Virus record (IMG/VR): IMGVR_UViG_3300021335_000019
Location: 1 to 56,246 of that record
Origin: a virus
Taxonomy: Duplodnaviria; Caudoviricetes
Direction: 5' to 3' (one strand)
Length of the DNA: 56,246 nt
A program made the position numbers and the translations under genes. Under the pieces are notes generated by a model that made no database searches, was not told where the DNA came from, and saw only the letters and a list, made by a program, of their open reading frames with translations. This document shows positions 7,777 through 17,123 of the stretch, piece after piece (within the stretch, counting starts at the first letter, position 1; each line of letters begins with the position of its first letter).

Positions 7777-9884
7777 ACCTGATACAAGAACTCTCCCGCT
7801 TGCCGGATGATTGGGGTTTTGTCGCCGTTGATGGCAAGAAACGGCCATATCAAGACGGCTGGCAGAACAACCCGCTCACAAAAGAAACCCTCACCGCTGA
7901 GTTGGAATCCGGGCGCGCTCGCGCTATCGGCGTGTGTTGCGGTGTCCATTCCGGTGGTTTGCTGTTCTTGGATCACGACGGCAAATCCGCCAGCACCTTG
8001 CTCGCTAATTGGGGTTGCCCGCTTTCATCGCTGCCACGCAGCTGGGTGGTCAAGTCCGGTCGTGATGGCCGGATGCAGATCATTTATCGCGTACCCGAGG
8101 AGTATCGGGACAGCATCGCCACGCGTAAGTTCAAGACCGGCGTCATTGATGATGAAGGTAAAGCCGAACAGATCGAGCTGCGATGGAATGGCTGCCAGTC
8201 AGTAGTAGCCGGCGCGCACCCTTTGACCAATGGTTACTTCTGGGTGAAAGGCCACGGCCCCGGCGATCGAGACATAGCCGAGGCGCCGCTGTGTCTCATC
8301 GAGAAAATGCTCAAGCCAAAGCCGCAGCCGGTGCCCGTCGCGCAGCGGTCGCAGCTTGCGTTGCCGTCAGGTGACAGCGATTCCAATCGCGCGCGGTCAT
8401 TCCTTGCAGTACTCAGCGCAGCGCGGGCTGATGACTATGACGATTGGATACAGGTTGGTATGGCGCTGCACAGCGTCGGTGATGACTCATTACTAGATGA
8501 TTGGGAGCAGTGGTCCGCGCAATCTGCCAAGAACAAACCCAGTGACTGCCAGCGCAAATGGCGCAGCTTCAAGAAGTCCGGCATCACGCTTGGCACCCTT
8601 GGTGAGATGGCTAAAAAAGATGGCTGGCAGTCACCACGGCAGCGGTTAGTGCAAGTGCTGCCGCCTGTGATGGCCACTGCTGGTGGTAGTAGTGATGGCG
8701 ATGACGACAGCGATGGCAGCCGCATCCCAGCACCAACGCTCGACAAGCCATCCAAGCTCGAAGCAGCTGAGTTGTTGATCTTGCTACGGGACAAAATCCG
8801 TGACATCAAATACAACCTCTTCACTCAGGAGATTGAAGTCAACGGCAAACCCGTCGAAGGCGCTGATCGGTATTACCTCAGGCTTGCTGAGATGGGTTTC
8901 AAAGTTTCCAAAGAGCTAGCGATCGATTGCCTGGTCCAAGTCGCCAATGAGAACCAATACGACCCAGTGCGGCAATACCTCGAATATGTTGCCGCCAATG
9001 TCGAGCCAACCTACATCGATCGACTGGCGACCACTTACCTGCGGCCTGAAGATGAGGCAACCAGTGAAGAACCAACGATCTATGACGAGATGCTGAAACG
9101 CACCTTGATCGGTGCTGTAGCTCGTGCATTCAACCCAGGCTGCAAACACGACACCGCATGTGTACTCATGGGTGATCAAGGTGCTTACAAATCCAGCTTC
9201 TGGCAGTGTCTCGGTGGGCAGTTTTTTAGCGATGCTTTAGGTGACATCAGCACTAAAGATGACATCATGGTGCTACACCGCTCCTGGATTATGGAGTGGG
9301 CAGAACTTGATCACATCACAAATCGTAAGCACGCAGGGCAAGTAAAAGCCTTCTTATCTCAAGGCGTTGATTTACTGCGTGTGCCATACGGTAAAGCCGT
9401 TGAGTCATTCCCGCGCCGTGGAATCATTGTCGGTACAACAAACAAAACCGCTGGGTTCTTGGTTGATGAAACCGGCAACCGTCGCTTCTGGGTCATACCC
9501 ACAACCAAGACGCAGACGAATCAAATCAACACCGCAGCGCTGCTGCTGGAACGCGATGCGATCTGGTCCGCTGCTGTTAACGCATACCAGAACAATGAGA
9601 CCAATCGTTTACCGCAAACCATGGAGAATATGGTCAATGAAGAGAATACCAACTACGTTGTTGATTCGCCTTGGCGTGCACCAATACAGGAGTATCTTGC
9701 CCGTCGTAAATGTACAGATGTATTGACGATTGAAGAGGTCTTAACGCATGGCATCAAGAAGCCGGTCGAGCGTCAGACCCGTGCGGATCAAATGCAGGTT
9801 GGGTCCATCCTCAAGGATTTGGGCCTCGTGAAGCGTCGTGAGTCATCAGGGCGGCGCAGATGGCACTACAAAACGTCCAACTAG
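7773..9884 (+). CDS. Primase-polymerase with PriCT-2-like region and VapE-like helicase
   Basis: N-terminal LFLDHD and SVVAGAHP prim-pol motifs, YDDWIQVGMALH, GDQGAYKS Walker A, DETGNRRFW. Confidence 0.88.
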   Translation: MNLIQELSRLPDDWGFVAVDGKKRPYQDGWQNNPLTKETLTAELESGRARAIGVCCGVHSGGLLFLDHDGKSASTLLANWGCPLSSLPRSWVVKSGRDGRMQIIYRVPEEYRDSIATRKFKTGVIDDEGKAEQIELRWNGCQSVVAGAHPLTNGYFWVKGHGPGDRDIAEAPLCLIEKMLKPKPQPVPVAQRSQLALPSGDSDSNRARSFLAVLSAARADDYDDWIQVGMALHSVGDDSLLDDWEQWSAQSAKNKPSDCQRKWRSFKKSGITLGTLGEMAKKDGWQSPRQRLVQVLPPVMATAGGSSDGDDDSDGSRIPAPTLDKPSKLEAAELLILLRDKIRDIKYNLFTQEIEVNGKPVEGADRYYLRLAEMGFKVSKELAIDCLVQVANENQYDPVRQYLEYVAANVEPTYIDRLATTYLRPEDEATSEEPTIYDEMLKRTLIGAVARAFNPGCKHDTACVLMGDQGAYKSSFWQCLGGQFFSDALGDISTKDDIMVLHRSWIMEWAELDHITNRKHAGQVKAFLSQGVDLLRVPYGKAVESFPRRGIIVGTTNKTAGFLVDETGNRRFWVIPTTKTQTNQINTAALLLERDAIWSAAVNAYQNNETNRLPQTMENMVNEENTNYVVDSPWRAPIQEYLARRKCTDVLTIEEVLTHGIKKPVERQTRADQMQVGSILKDLGLVKRRESSGRRRWHYKTSN

Positions 9885-10097
9885 GCGGTTGGACGCCCAG
9901 ACCTATTGGCATGACTGGCGTTTTGGCCGTCCTACCGTCGTCCCGTCCTCCTTAGCGTCCAAGAGTTTCCTAACGCTCCCCTTCCCCCTCTTTTAAGCAT
10001 ACTTTAGTTAGTAGGTTAGGTTAGTAGGACGGATAGACAAAACCAGTGATAGCAAGGCGTCTCACCGTCCTAACCCCTGAAAACAGGTTGGACGGCG
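9872..10097. repeat. Putative replication origin with opposed CGTCC/GGACG repeats
   Basis: Non-coding gap after the primase with repeated CGTCC(A/T)A and GGACG around pyrimidine- and T-rich stretches. Confidence 0.5.
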
Positions 10098-10131
10098 CCG
10101 TTCTGCTACCATTCAGCCGTTCACAGCTCCA

Positions 10132-10377
10132 TTGATGATTAGAACCGAGGTCAAATTTCATGCTGATGATTTACAACACCTGGACCAGCAAGCCGCAGCT
10201 GTTGGCAAGACCCGATCGGCGTTCATCCGTGATCGCGCCCTTGCACGTCTCACTACGGCGGAGTACCATCGCCTAGTCTCGGCTGTGGCGCGTCGTATGA
10301 ATGGCGACCTCAACCGCAGACAAGTTGAAACTGTTACCGCATTTGTTGTTAATGAAATTCATCGCATCGCAGGCTGA
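10132..10377 (+). CDS. Ribbon-helix-helix/MobC-like DNA-binding protein
   Basis: LDQQAAAVGKTRSAFIRDRAL pattern. Confidence 0.65.
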   Translation: MMIRTEVKFHADDLQHLDQQAAAVGKTRSAFIRDRALARLTTAEYHRLVSAVARRMNGDLNRRQVETVTAFVVNEIHRIAG

Positions 10378-11401
10378 TCTTTCGTCAGCACTCAAAACAA
10401 TCTCACGTGCAATCGGCAATGGCCGCACTCATAAAGTGCTCGCTGGTGCGCTACTCACCGCTACAGACGATGGCAACCTCACGATCACTGGTTACGACCT
10501 AGAGCTTGGTATCACGACCGTCATCACCGCCAGCGTCGATACACCCGGCAGCATCGTCATTCCGCATCGACTGCTATCGGAGATCACAAGCCGCCTTGAT
10601 GGCGCTCTGACGGTCGCCACCGCTGATGATGGTTATCGCTGCACCATTGCATCCACAAGCGGCTCCTACAGCCTCTCGTGTGACGCTGCGGACGATTTTC
10701 CTGACCTGCCGACACTGGAAGCCGCCACAGGTGCTTGCATGGCGCTGCAAGGTGTACTGCCGGCGGTGCTGCCTGCATCCTCCACGGATGAGTCCAAAGC
10801 CATCCTGCAAGGTGTACGCGTCGTCTGCGATGGTGCAGCGTGCAGCCTTACCGCAACCGATGGCCATCGCCTTGTGATGCGATCCGTTGACAGCGACACA
10901 CCAGCCATGGCGCTCACTGTTCCCGCACGCGCCATGGCGTTATTGCGCGAACCCGTCACCGTTGCCAGCGATGATGCTCACGTCAGCTTCACCGCAGGTG
11001 ACACCACCATCACCAGCAGGGTCCTGACCGGCACTTACCCCAACGTTGCGCAGCTAGTTCCCGAACGGTTTGACTACACCGCAACCATTGACCGCGTTGC
11101 TTTCCTGCGTGCATTGGAACGCGTTGCTGTCATCGCTGACAGCCACAACTCCGTGGTCAGGCTCACTGATGGCAAGCTCACTGCTGAAACCGAAACCAGC
11201 AGCGGTGCGGAATCCATCGCGGTTGATGGTGAACTGCCTGACATCGCCGCCAACGTGCACTACCTGCTCGATGGCGTCAAAGGCTTCACTGGCAGTCAGC
11301 TGCAGATCCGCGCTAACACCAGCACCACACCCGTGGTGATTGCAGATCCTGATGATGTTGTTAATATTTACTTAGTTATGCCTGTTCAGGTGAAGTCCTG
11401 A
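10352..11401 (+). CDS. dnaN: DNA polymerase III beta sliding clamp
   Basis: MKFIASQADL start, GYDLELGI, ATDGHRL, GTYPNV, C-terminal YLVMPVQV. Confidence 0.92.
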   Translation: MKFIASQADLSSALKTISRAIGNGRTHKVLAGALLTATDDGNLTITGYDLELGITTVITASVDTPGSIVIPHRLLSEITSRLDGALTVATADDGYRCTIASTSGSYSLSCDAADDFPDLPTLEAATGACMALQGVLPAVLPASSTDESKAILQGVRVVCDGAACSLTATDGHRLVMRSVDSDTPAMALTVPARAMALLREPVTVASDDAHVSFTAGDTTITSRVLTGTYPNVAQLVPERFDYTATIDRVAFLRALERVAVIADSHNSVVRLTDGKLTAETETSSGAESIAVDGELPDIAANVHYLLDGVKGFTGSQLQIRANTSTTPVVIADPDDVVNIYLVMPVQVKS

Positions 11402-11571
11402 TGCCCGAGCGATTCTGGTACGTGCTACAACCCGATGGCACGTACCAGGTCAATCTTGCCATCACTGCCACGACTTACGTCAGCAGTATGCACCTGATCG
11501 ATGAAAAACGTAAGCAACTGCTAAAATCAATTCATGAAACTAGCGCGTCGTCACTACAAACTCAACGATGA
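11401..11571 (+). CDS. Small hypothetical protein (56 aa, MPERFWY...VSSMHLIDEKRKQL)
   Basis: Manual translation; TGATG coupling to dnaN. Confidence 0.55.
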   Translation: MPERFWYVLQPDGTYQVNLAITATTYVSSMHLIDEKRKQLLKSIHETSASSLQTQR

Positions 11572-12016
11572 AGTCATCAATAAGGTGCGCTTTCTCGCTG
11601 AGTTTGGCGCGCCGTTAGAGCACATCGCGTCTGCTGTTGGTGTTAGTTATGAGGCGCTGAATAAGTGGATAAAAAACGCAAAAACCCACAACAATCCCAC
11701 TGACCTTGAGGTACGACTTTTACAGGCTGTTAATGAAGGACGTGCCGCAGGTGGTCTGAGGTTAGTAAGTAAAATCGCAGAATCTGCTGATAAAGGAGAA
11801 ACCAAAGACGCGCAATGGTTGCTCACACATGCACCGGCATACCGCAAACATTACAGCGATAATGCAGCCGTGACACGTGCACGCGCGGAAGGTATCGAAG
11901 CAGCTGTTGCTGCAATCGCAGAGGCCGGTTTAACACCAGATCAGGAACGTATGGTGCTATTGCGTATCCAAGCAAAAACCGGTCAGCAGTTGCTGCCAGC
12001 TGATGAGGAAAGGTAA
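11534..12016 (+). CDS. terS: Terminase small subunit (putative)
   Basis: N-terminal HTH (IASAVGVSYEALNKW); directly upstream of and overlapping terL. Confidence 0.7.
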   Translation: MKLARRHYKLNDEVINKVRFLAEFGAPLEHIASAVGVSYEALNKWIKNAKTHNNPTDLEVRLLQAVNEGRAAGGLRLVSKIAESADKGETKDAQWLLTHAPAYRKHYSDNAAVTRARAEGIEAAVAAIAEAGLTPDQERMVLLRIQAKTGQQLLPADEER

Positions 12017-13361
12017 CGCGATCTTTGCACGGCTTGCGGAGCTGCAGGTTGCGGTACTCGATCGAGCCGAAGACTTTGACCTCGACGCCACATTGCAACA
12101 GATCCATAGTGACCTGCATCCTGGGCAGCTGGATTTCGTAACCGATAGCAGCACTGAGATCATTGGCGTCAGTGCTGGTTATGGCGCTGGCAAAACCAGA
12201 GCATTATGCGCCAAGGCGGTGACACTAGCCGCGGCCAATCAAGGATTCATCGGTACGGTGATGGAGCCAACTGGCCCATTGATTCGTGACATCTGGCAGA
12301 CCGATTTCGACAGCTTCCTTGAAAATTACGGCATCCCATATACCTTCAGAGCATCACCATTGCCTGAATATGTCCTGCACTTACCGGGAGGCGATACGAA
12401 GATTCTGTGTCGTAGCTTCGAGAATTGGTCGCGCATCATTGGCTTGAATCTTGCATGGGTACTGGCCGACGAGATCGATACCGTAACGCCAAGTATCGCT
12501 GATCGCGCATTCCCGAAAATCCTCGGTCGATTGCGATCTGGTAATGTGCGGCAGTTTGGCGCTGCATCAACGCCTGAGGGTTTTAGGTTCCTCTGGAAGA
12601 CATTCGCCAGCGATGAAGCTAAAGCGCGCAGTGACCGAAGGCTGATCAAGATGAAAACCACGGACAACCCGCATCTTCCTGCGGATTTCGTGGAACGCCT
12701 TGAAGCAAATTACGATCCAACATTACTGAAAAGCTATCTTCTCGGAGAGTTTGTCAATCTCGCCACTGGCAGCGTTTATGATCGCTTCGATCGCAGCAAG
12801 CATGTATTCAGCGAACAACCGGACATCAGCCGCGAATCGCTGCGCATCGGTATTGACTTTAACGTTGGCAACACCAATGCCGTGATCGGCATTCGTAAAG
12901 GTGAACGCGCCGTTGTGGTAGATGAAGTGACCGGCATGAAAGACACCGATGCACTAGCAGCTGAGATCCGCAGGCGTTACCCGAAGCACAAGGTTTACGG
13001 ATATCCAGACGCCAGCGGCAACAACCGCAGCACTAATGCAACCCGCACTGACATTCAGATCCTGGAGTCGTATGACATCAGCAACCAATCGCCGCAATCC
13101 AACCCGCCGATCCGTGATCGCGTGAACAACGTGCAAGCGATGCTGGAAAACGGCAAAGGCCGGAACCGGCTGCAGGTGTGGCAAGGCTGCGCCAAGCTGA
13201 TCGAATGCCTGGAGCTGCAATGCTGGGACGAGAAGACCGATCTGCCCGATAAGCAGTCTGGCTTCGACCATCTCAACGACTGCCTAGGTTATTGGCTGCA
13301 TCGCGACTTCTCCATGCTGCACAAGCAGGCAGGCCGCGGCACGGGAATCAGGCTTTACTGA
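12003..13361 (+). CDS. terL: Terminase large subunit
   Basis: AGYGAGKT Walker A, VLADEID Walker B, STPEG, GIDFN and DHLNDC nuclease motifs. Confidence 0.93.
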   Translation: MRKGNAIFARLAELQVAVLDRAEDFDLDATLQQIHSDLHPGQLDFVTDSSTEIIGVSAGYGAGKTRALCAKAVTLAAANQGFIGTVMEPTGPLIRDIWQTDFDSFLENYGIPYTFRASPLPEYVLHLPGGDTKILCRSFENWSRIIGLNLAWVLADEIDTVTPSIADRAFPKILGRLRSGNVRQFGAASTPEGFRFLWKTFASDEAKARSDRRLIKMKTTDNPHLPADFVERLEANYDPTLLKSYLLGEFVNLATGSVYDRFDRSKHVFSEQPDISRESLRIGIDFNVGNTNAVIGIRKGERAVVVDEVTGMKDTDALAAEIRRRYPKHKVYGYPDASGNNRSTNATRTDIQILESYDISNQSPQSNPPIRDRVNNVQAMLENGKGRNRLQVWQGCAKLIECLELQCWDEKTDLPDKQSGFDHLNDCLGYWLHRDFSMLHKQAGRGTGIRLY

Positions 13362-13417
13362 GCCAGCTGCAAAACCTGCACACAACGCGGCAAAGCAGAG
13401 ATTAGCTGGTGCATACT
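13360..13417 (+). promoter_or_regulatory. Pseudo-palindrome promoter (copy 5)
   Basis: GAGCC-AGCTGCAAAACC-TGCAC, 30 nt, CATACT; then GGGG-GAGA-CCCC hairpin. Confidence 0.6.
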
Positions 13418-13454
13418 TAAGGAGTCAGGGGGAGACCCCACCACACACAGACAA

Positions 13455-13634
13455 ATGACCTTCGACACCGCAGCCTTCACCGCCAAAGCCAACCAGCTCA
13501 ACAACGAAGACCTGATTGCTGGCTTTGTCGCGATCTATCACGTCGGCGCACAAGCTGCTATCGATGCCTATATCGACGTCTTGGTTGACCGCATCGGCTT
13601 TGACAAGACCAACGCCATCATCTTCAACCTCTGA
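13455..13634 (+). CDS. Small hypothetical protein (59 aa, MTFDTAAFTAKANQL...)
   Basis: Manual translation; shares the 22-nt leader CACCACACACAGACAAATGACC with the next gene. Confidence 0.65.
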   Translation: MTFDTAAFTAKANQLNNEDLIAGFVAIYHVGAQAAIDAYIDVLVDRIGFDKTNAIIFNL

Positions 13635-13651
13635 TCACCTGGGCCCAGTGG

Positions 13652-13681
13652 TTGACAATACCCCTGGGCATACCCAATAAT
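13652..13681 (+). promoter_or_regulatory. Sigma70-type promoter
   Basis: TTGACA-18-AATAAT followed by GCCC-GAGA-GGGC hairpin. Confidence 0.6.
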
Positions 13682-13716
13682 ATGAACAAGCCCGAGAGGG
13701 CACCACACACAGACAA

Positions 13717-13944
13717 ATGACCCTGATCGAAACCACCAACAACGGCACCTTCTTCACCCTTACCACTGAAAAGGGCAACACTGTTGAGGTCAGCACCGCT
13801 AACGGTCAATGCACCGTCTACATCAAGCAGAATGGCAGCCGCCGCCTCAGCTACGGCAAGACCTTCCGCTCTGTTGCTGAAGCTGCCGAGAACTACAAGC
13901 GCCAAGACATCAAGAGTGCCCTCTACGCACTGGCAGAGGCTTGA
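13717..13944 (+). CDS. Small hypothetical protein
   Basis: ORF with its own promoter and leader. Confidence 0.7.
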   Translation: MTLIETTNNGTFFTLTTEKGNTVEVSTANGQCTVYIKQNGSRRLSYGKTFRSVAEAAENYKRQDIKSALYALAEA

Positions 13945-13949
13945 GCCCC

Positions 13950-14025
13950 TGCCGGGGAGCCTGCAATACAACAGCGCGTGACGCGTAAATACAGGGCACG
14001 TTGTGGCGTGATCCATACCCCGGCA
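13950..14025 (+). ncRNA. Candidate structured RNA (multi-stem junction), family unknown
   Basis: 8-bp closing stem TGCCGGGG/CCCCGGCA enclosing GCCTG/CAGGGC and two small hairpins; intergenic; strand assumed from flanking genes. Confidence 0.4.
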
Positions 14026-14082
14026 ACCAATCCAGCAACCTGCACAAGCATGGTTGAGCAGGTTGCACCATGGCCCGATAAT
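14024..14082 (+). promoter_or_regulatory. Pseudo-palindrome promoter (copy 6)
   Basis: CAACC-AATCCAGCAACC-TGCAC, 31 nt, GATAAT; then GCCC-GAGA-GGGC hairpin. Confidence 0.6.
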
Positions 14083-14119
14083 TAGTTCAAGCCCGAGAGG
14101 GCACCACACACACAAGCAA

Positions 14120-14308
14120 ATGATCACCTTCACCACCCAGTCCACTCACCACTCCGTCACCAGCAACGGCATCTCCATCGGCATGGTTTATTTGACCCGT
14201 GAAGCTGCTGAAACCGCTGCTGAGCACCTGAACAAAGAGTGGAAAGGCAAGCGCACCTTCGGCGTCAAATCCTGGGAAGCCGAGACTTTCACTTCTCACG
14301 ACGGCTGA
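14120..14308 (+). CDS. Small hypothetical protein
   Basis: Start moved to ATG 14120 after the shared leader. Confidence 0.65.
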   Translation: MITFTTQSTHHSVTSNGISIGMVYLTREAAETAAEHLNKEWKGKRTFGVKSWEAETFTSHDG

Positions 14309-14328
14309 TCCCCACAACGCCGACCATC

Positions 14329-14351
14329 GCCCGGCTCACCGCCGGGCTTTT
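14329..14351 (+). terminator. Intrinsic terminator
   Basis: GCCCGGC-TCACC-GCCGGGC followed by TTTT. Confidence 0.65.
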
Positions 14352-14355
14352 CTGC

Positions 14356-14413
14356 AGACCATTAGCGGGAGTGTCACACTACACGACGCAGCACTGCACT
14401 GCTGGGTCATAAT
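14356..14413 (+). promoter_or_regulatory. Pseudo-palindrome promoter (copy 7)
   Basis: AGACC-ATTAGCGGGAGT-GTCAC, 30 nt, CATAAT; then the CAGTCACCACC leader seen at minus-strand copies. Confidence 0.55.
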
Positions 14414-14437
14414 GCCACCAGTCACCACCACCCACCG

Positions 14438-14575
14438 ATGAATAGACAACAGCAGCTGGCCGCATTGGCCGCGCAGCTACACGAGCTGACCACCGAAGAA
14501 GAGCGGGAGGATTATCCGTTCTTCGATCACCTGCATGATCTGATCTATGACCTCGGGGTGGAGGAAGGCGAATGA
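14438..14575 (+). CDS. Small acidic hypothetical protein (45 aa)
   Basis: Manual translation MNRQQQLAALAAQLHEL...; ATGA overlap with the next gene. Confidence 0.55.
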   Translation: MNRQQQLAALAAQLHELTTEEEREDYPFFDHLHDLIYDLGVEEGE

Positions 14576-15099
14576 CTCTCCCCCGTCTCATCGGGCTTTA
14601 CAGCCCTGCACCGGGCTGCGGTAAGACCACCGCAGCTAATCTCTTCATCGAGCATCAGCGCGTGTCATTTGCAGCGCCGCTTAAGCGTGCTGTGTGGAAC
14701 ATGCTCGACGACCTCGGGCTTCCGGGCTTTCATTACATCTACACAGACAAAGAAGCCATCATCCCCGAGCTTGGCGTATCAGCGCGCCACATGATGCAAA
14801 CGCTCGGCACCGAATGGGGCAGGGCTTGCATCCACCCAGATTTCTGGGTGATGATCGCTCGCGCCGAGGCGCAACGCATCATGGACAATGGCGGATCCGT
14901 CGTGATCGATGATGTGCGGTTTTCGAATGAAGCCGCGATGATTCGCGACCTCGGCGGTGAGCTATGGCGCATCGAACGCCCTGGTGTCACCTACAGCGGA
15001 GACCACAGCAGCGAAGGCGGATTGGAAGACATCATCCCTCATCATGTGATCGTCAACAATGGAACCATTGCACAACTCAAGGAGAAGATTTATGGCTGA
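14572..15099 (+). CDS. Deoxynucleoside monophosphate kinase
   Basis: PGCGKTT P-loop, SFAAPLK, MQTLGTEWGR, IDDVRFSNEA, HSSE. Confidence 0.88.
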   Translation: MTLPRLIGLYSPAPGCGKTTAANLFIEHQRVSFAAPLKRAVWNMLDDLGLPGFHYIYTDKEAIIPELGVSARHMMQTLGTEWGRACIHPDFWVMIARAEAQRIMDNGGSVVIDDVRFSNEAAMIRDLGGELWRIERPGVTYSGDHSSEGGLEDIIPHHVIVNNGTIAQLKEKIYG

Positions 15100-15427
15100 A
15101 CAGCATAGTGCAACGGCTGAGCAATGGGCTCGTATTGAGTGGATGAGTCATCACACTGAGTTCTCCACTATTCTCGAACTGCGCGACAGGATCAAGGCGC
15201 TGGAGGCTGCCGCCAAGCCCAACCATCCGCCGGAAATTCCTGATAGTTCGCTGGTGAAGCGGGTGGCTGCAGCGATACATCCCAACGTCTGCGCACATGA
15301 AGCCCGCGCCGCGATCCGCGAGGTAGCGGCTTGGTTGTGGGAGCAGGAAAGGTACGTCCTCGACTGGGCGGCCGTCACGCTTGAAGAGGAGGCTAAGCTC
15401 GCAGCGCTTGGTGACTGGATTGATTGA
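15092..15427 (+). CDS. Hypothetical protein
   Basis: GGAG upstream of ATG 15092; overlaps the kinase stop. Confidence 0.6.
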   Translation: MAEQHSATAEQWARIEWMSHHTEFSTILELRDRIKALEAAAKPNHPPEIPDSSLVKRVAAAIHPNVCAHEARAAIREVAAWLWEQERYVLDWAAVTLEEEAKLAALGDWID

Positions 15428-15492
15428 TCAACCTGGGTAAGGTGCTTCTGCTAGTTATCTGCCGGTAGACTGCAATCAACGCAGCGTCGCAG

Positions 15493-16845
15493 ATGTACTC
15501 CGGGTTTCGCCATTACGACCGGCCAATCGCCAAACGCGCCGTCACCAAAGTCGATGACCCATGCGCGGCGTGGCACGCAATGGAGCCGGCCTGGATCCTG
15601 ATCGAGGATCTCGTCGGAGGCACTGTTTCGATGAGGCGGAGGCATCGCACCTATCTTCCGCAGGAGCCACGCGAGCTTGATGAATCTTACGATGCCCGTC
15701 TTGTGCGTAGCGTATGCCCACCGTACTTGGTCCGCATTGAGCGGATGCTGGCCGGGATGCTGACGCGGAAGCCGGTCCGGCTCAACGACACCGGCGACAC
15801 GATCCGCGAGCAGTTGTTTGACGTTGACTTGCAGGGCAATGATCTGAATACCTGGTGCTACGAAACCGCCCGCACGATGATCCGCTACGGGCATGTCGGT
15901 GTGCTTGTTGATGCACCGCAAGATGGCGGTAGGCCGTACTGGATTGCGTATTCACCCAGGGACATCCTCGGCTGGCGCATTGAACTCGAAGACGGCGCGC
16001 AAAAGCTAACGCAGCTGCGGTTACGGGAAGTGATCACTGAACCCGATAGCGATTATGGCGAGAAAGCAGTCGAGCAGGTGCGTGTGTTGACGCCTGGCGC
16101 GTATGAACTGCATCGCAAAGACGATGACACTGGCGACTTTAAGCTGCATGATGAAGGCACAACAACGCTTGATCGGATCCCGTTTTCGGTTGCCTATTCC
16201 GATCGCGTTGGTTACATGGAGTCGCGGCCACCGCTGCAGGACATCGCTGAGTTAAACCTGAAGACCTATCAGGTGCAATCTGATCTCGACAATCAGCTGC
16301 ACATTTCAGCGGTGCCGATGCTGGCATTTTATGGTTTCCCGTCAAGCGCTGAGGAGGTATCAGCCGGACCGGGTGAAGCCATCGCCTTTCCATCCGAAGG
16401 TCGTGCGGAGTACATCGAGCCAGGTGGCAAGAGCTTCGACTATCAATTCAAGCGGTTGGATCAGATTGCATCGCAGATCAATGAATTAGGTCTTGCGGCA
16501 GTGCTCGGCCAGAAGCTAAGCGCCGAAACTGCTGAAGCGAAACGCATCGACCGCAGTCAAGGTGACAGCACGATGATGGTGATTGCGCAAAATGTGCAGG
16601 ACATGATCGACAACTGCCTGCAATTTCATGCGGAATTTCTCAGCACACCAGAGCAAGCTGGCAGCTGTTATGTGAACCGCGATTTCCTTGGTACCAGATT
16701 GGAACCGCAGGATGTGTTGGCATTGCTGCAGGTTTACACTGCAGGAACAATAACGCAGGAAACATTCCTGACCCGGTTATCTGAAGGTGAAGTGCTTGGT
16801 GATGACTTTGACATCGAAGCTGAACTTGAAGCAACGCAATCATGA
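15493..16845 (+). CDS. Portal protein
   Basis: 450 aa; first gene of the head cluster; YLPQEP...YDARL and GHVGVLVD motifs typical of phage portals. Confidence 0.85.
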   Translation: MYSGFRHYDRPIAKRAVTKVDDPCAAWHAMEPAWILIEDLVGGTVSMRRRHRTYLPQEPRELDESYDARLVRSVCPPYLVRIERMLAGMLTRKPVRLNDTGDTIREQLFDVDLQGNDLNTWCYETARTMIRYGHVGVLVDAPQDGGRPYWIAYSPRDILGWRIELEDGAQKLTQLRLREVITEPDSDYGEKAVEQVRVLTPGAYELHRKDDDTGDFKLHDEGTTTLDRIPFSVAYSDRVGYMESRPPLQDIAELNLKTYQVQSDLDNQLHISAVPMLAFYGFPSSAEEVSAGPGEAIAFPSEGRAEYIEPGGKSFDYQFKRLDQIASQINELGLAAVLGQKLSAETAEAKRIDRSQGDSTMMVIAQNVQDMIDNCLQFHAEFLSTPEQAGSCYVNRDFLGTRLEPQDVLALLQVYTAGTITQETFLTRLSEGEVLGDDFDIEAELEATQS

Positions 16846-17123
16846 TCAACGCATTGCTATGGGCAGCATCGTGGTTCATCCCATCGGATGATGAGCAACC
16901 CATGGGACCAGTGACGGTGTATTGTCATAAGCTACCTGAAGAAGTGTTCGCCATATTGCGTGCATCATGGGATAACAAAGTCGAAGAAGTTACTGTCTAT
17001 GAATCAGATGATGCTTACGATGACTTCAACGAAATGCTGATGTGCGCGCTGGAAGAAGGTGCAGAGGTTGACGTACAGACGCAATACCACCCAAGTGATA
17101 TTGGCATCCACGTAGAGCAGTGA
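16842..17123 (+). CDS. Acidic hypothetical protein
   Basis: Coupled overlaps with portal and minor head genes. Confidence 0.6.
   Translation: MINALLWAASWFIPSDDEQPMGPVTVYCHKLPEEVFAILRASWDNKVEEVTVYESDDAYDDFNEMLMCALEEGAEVDVQTQYHPSDIGIHVEQ

Noticed and set aside
13950-14025. tRNA, hammerhead ribozyme or terminator
   Set aside because: No T-loop GTTC or D-loop pattern, no CUGAUGA/GAAA core and no U-tract.
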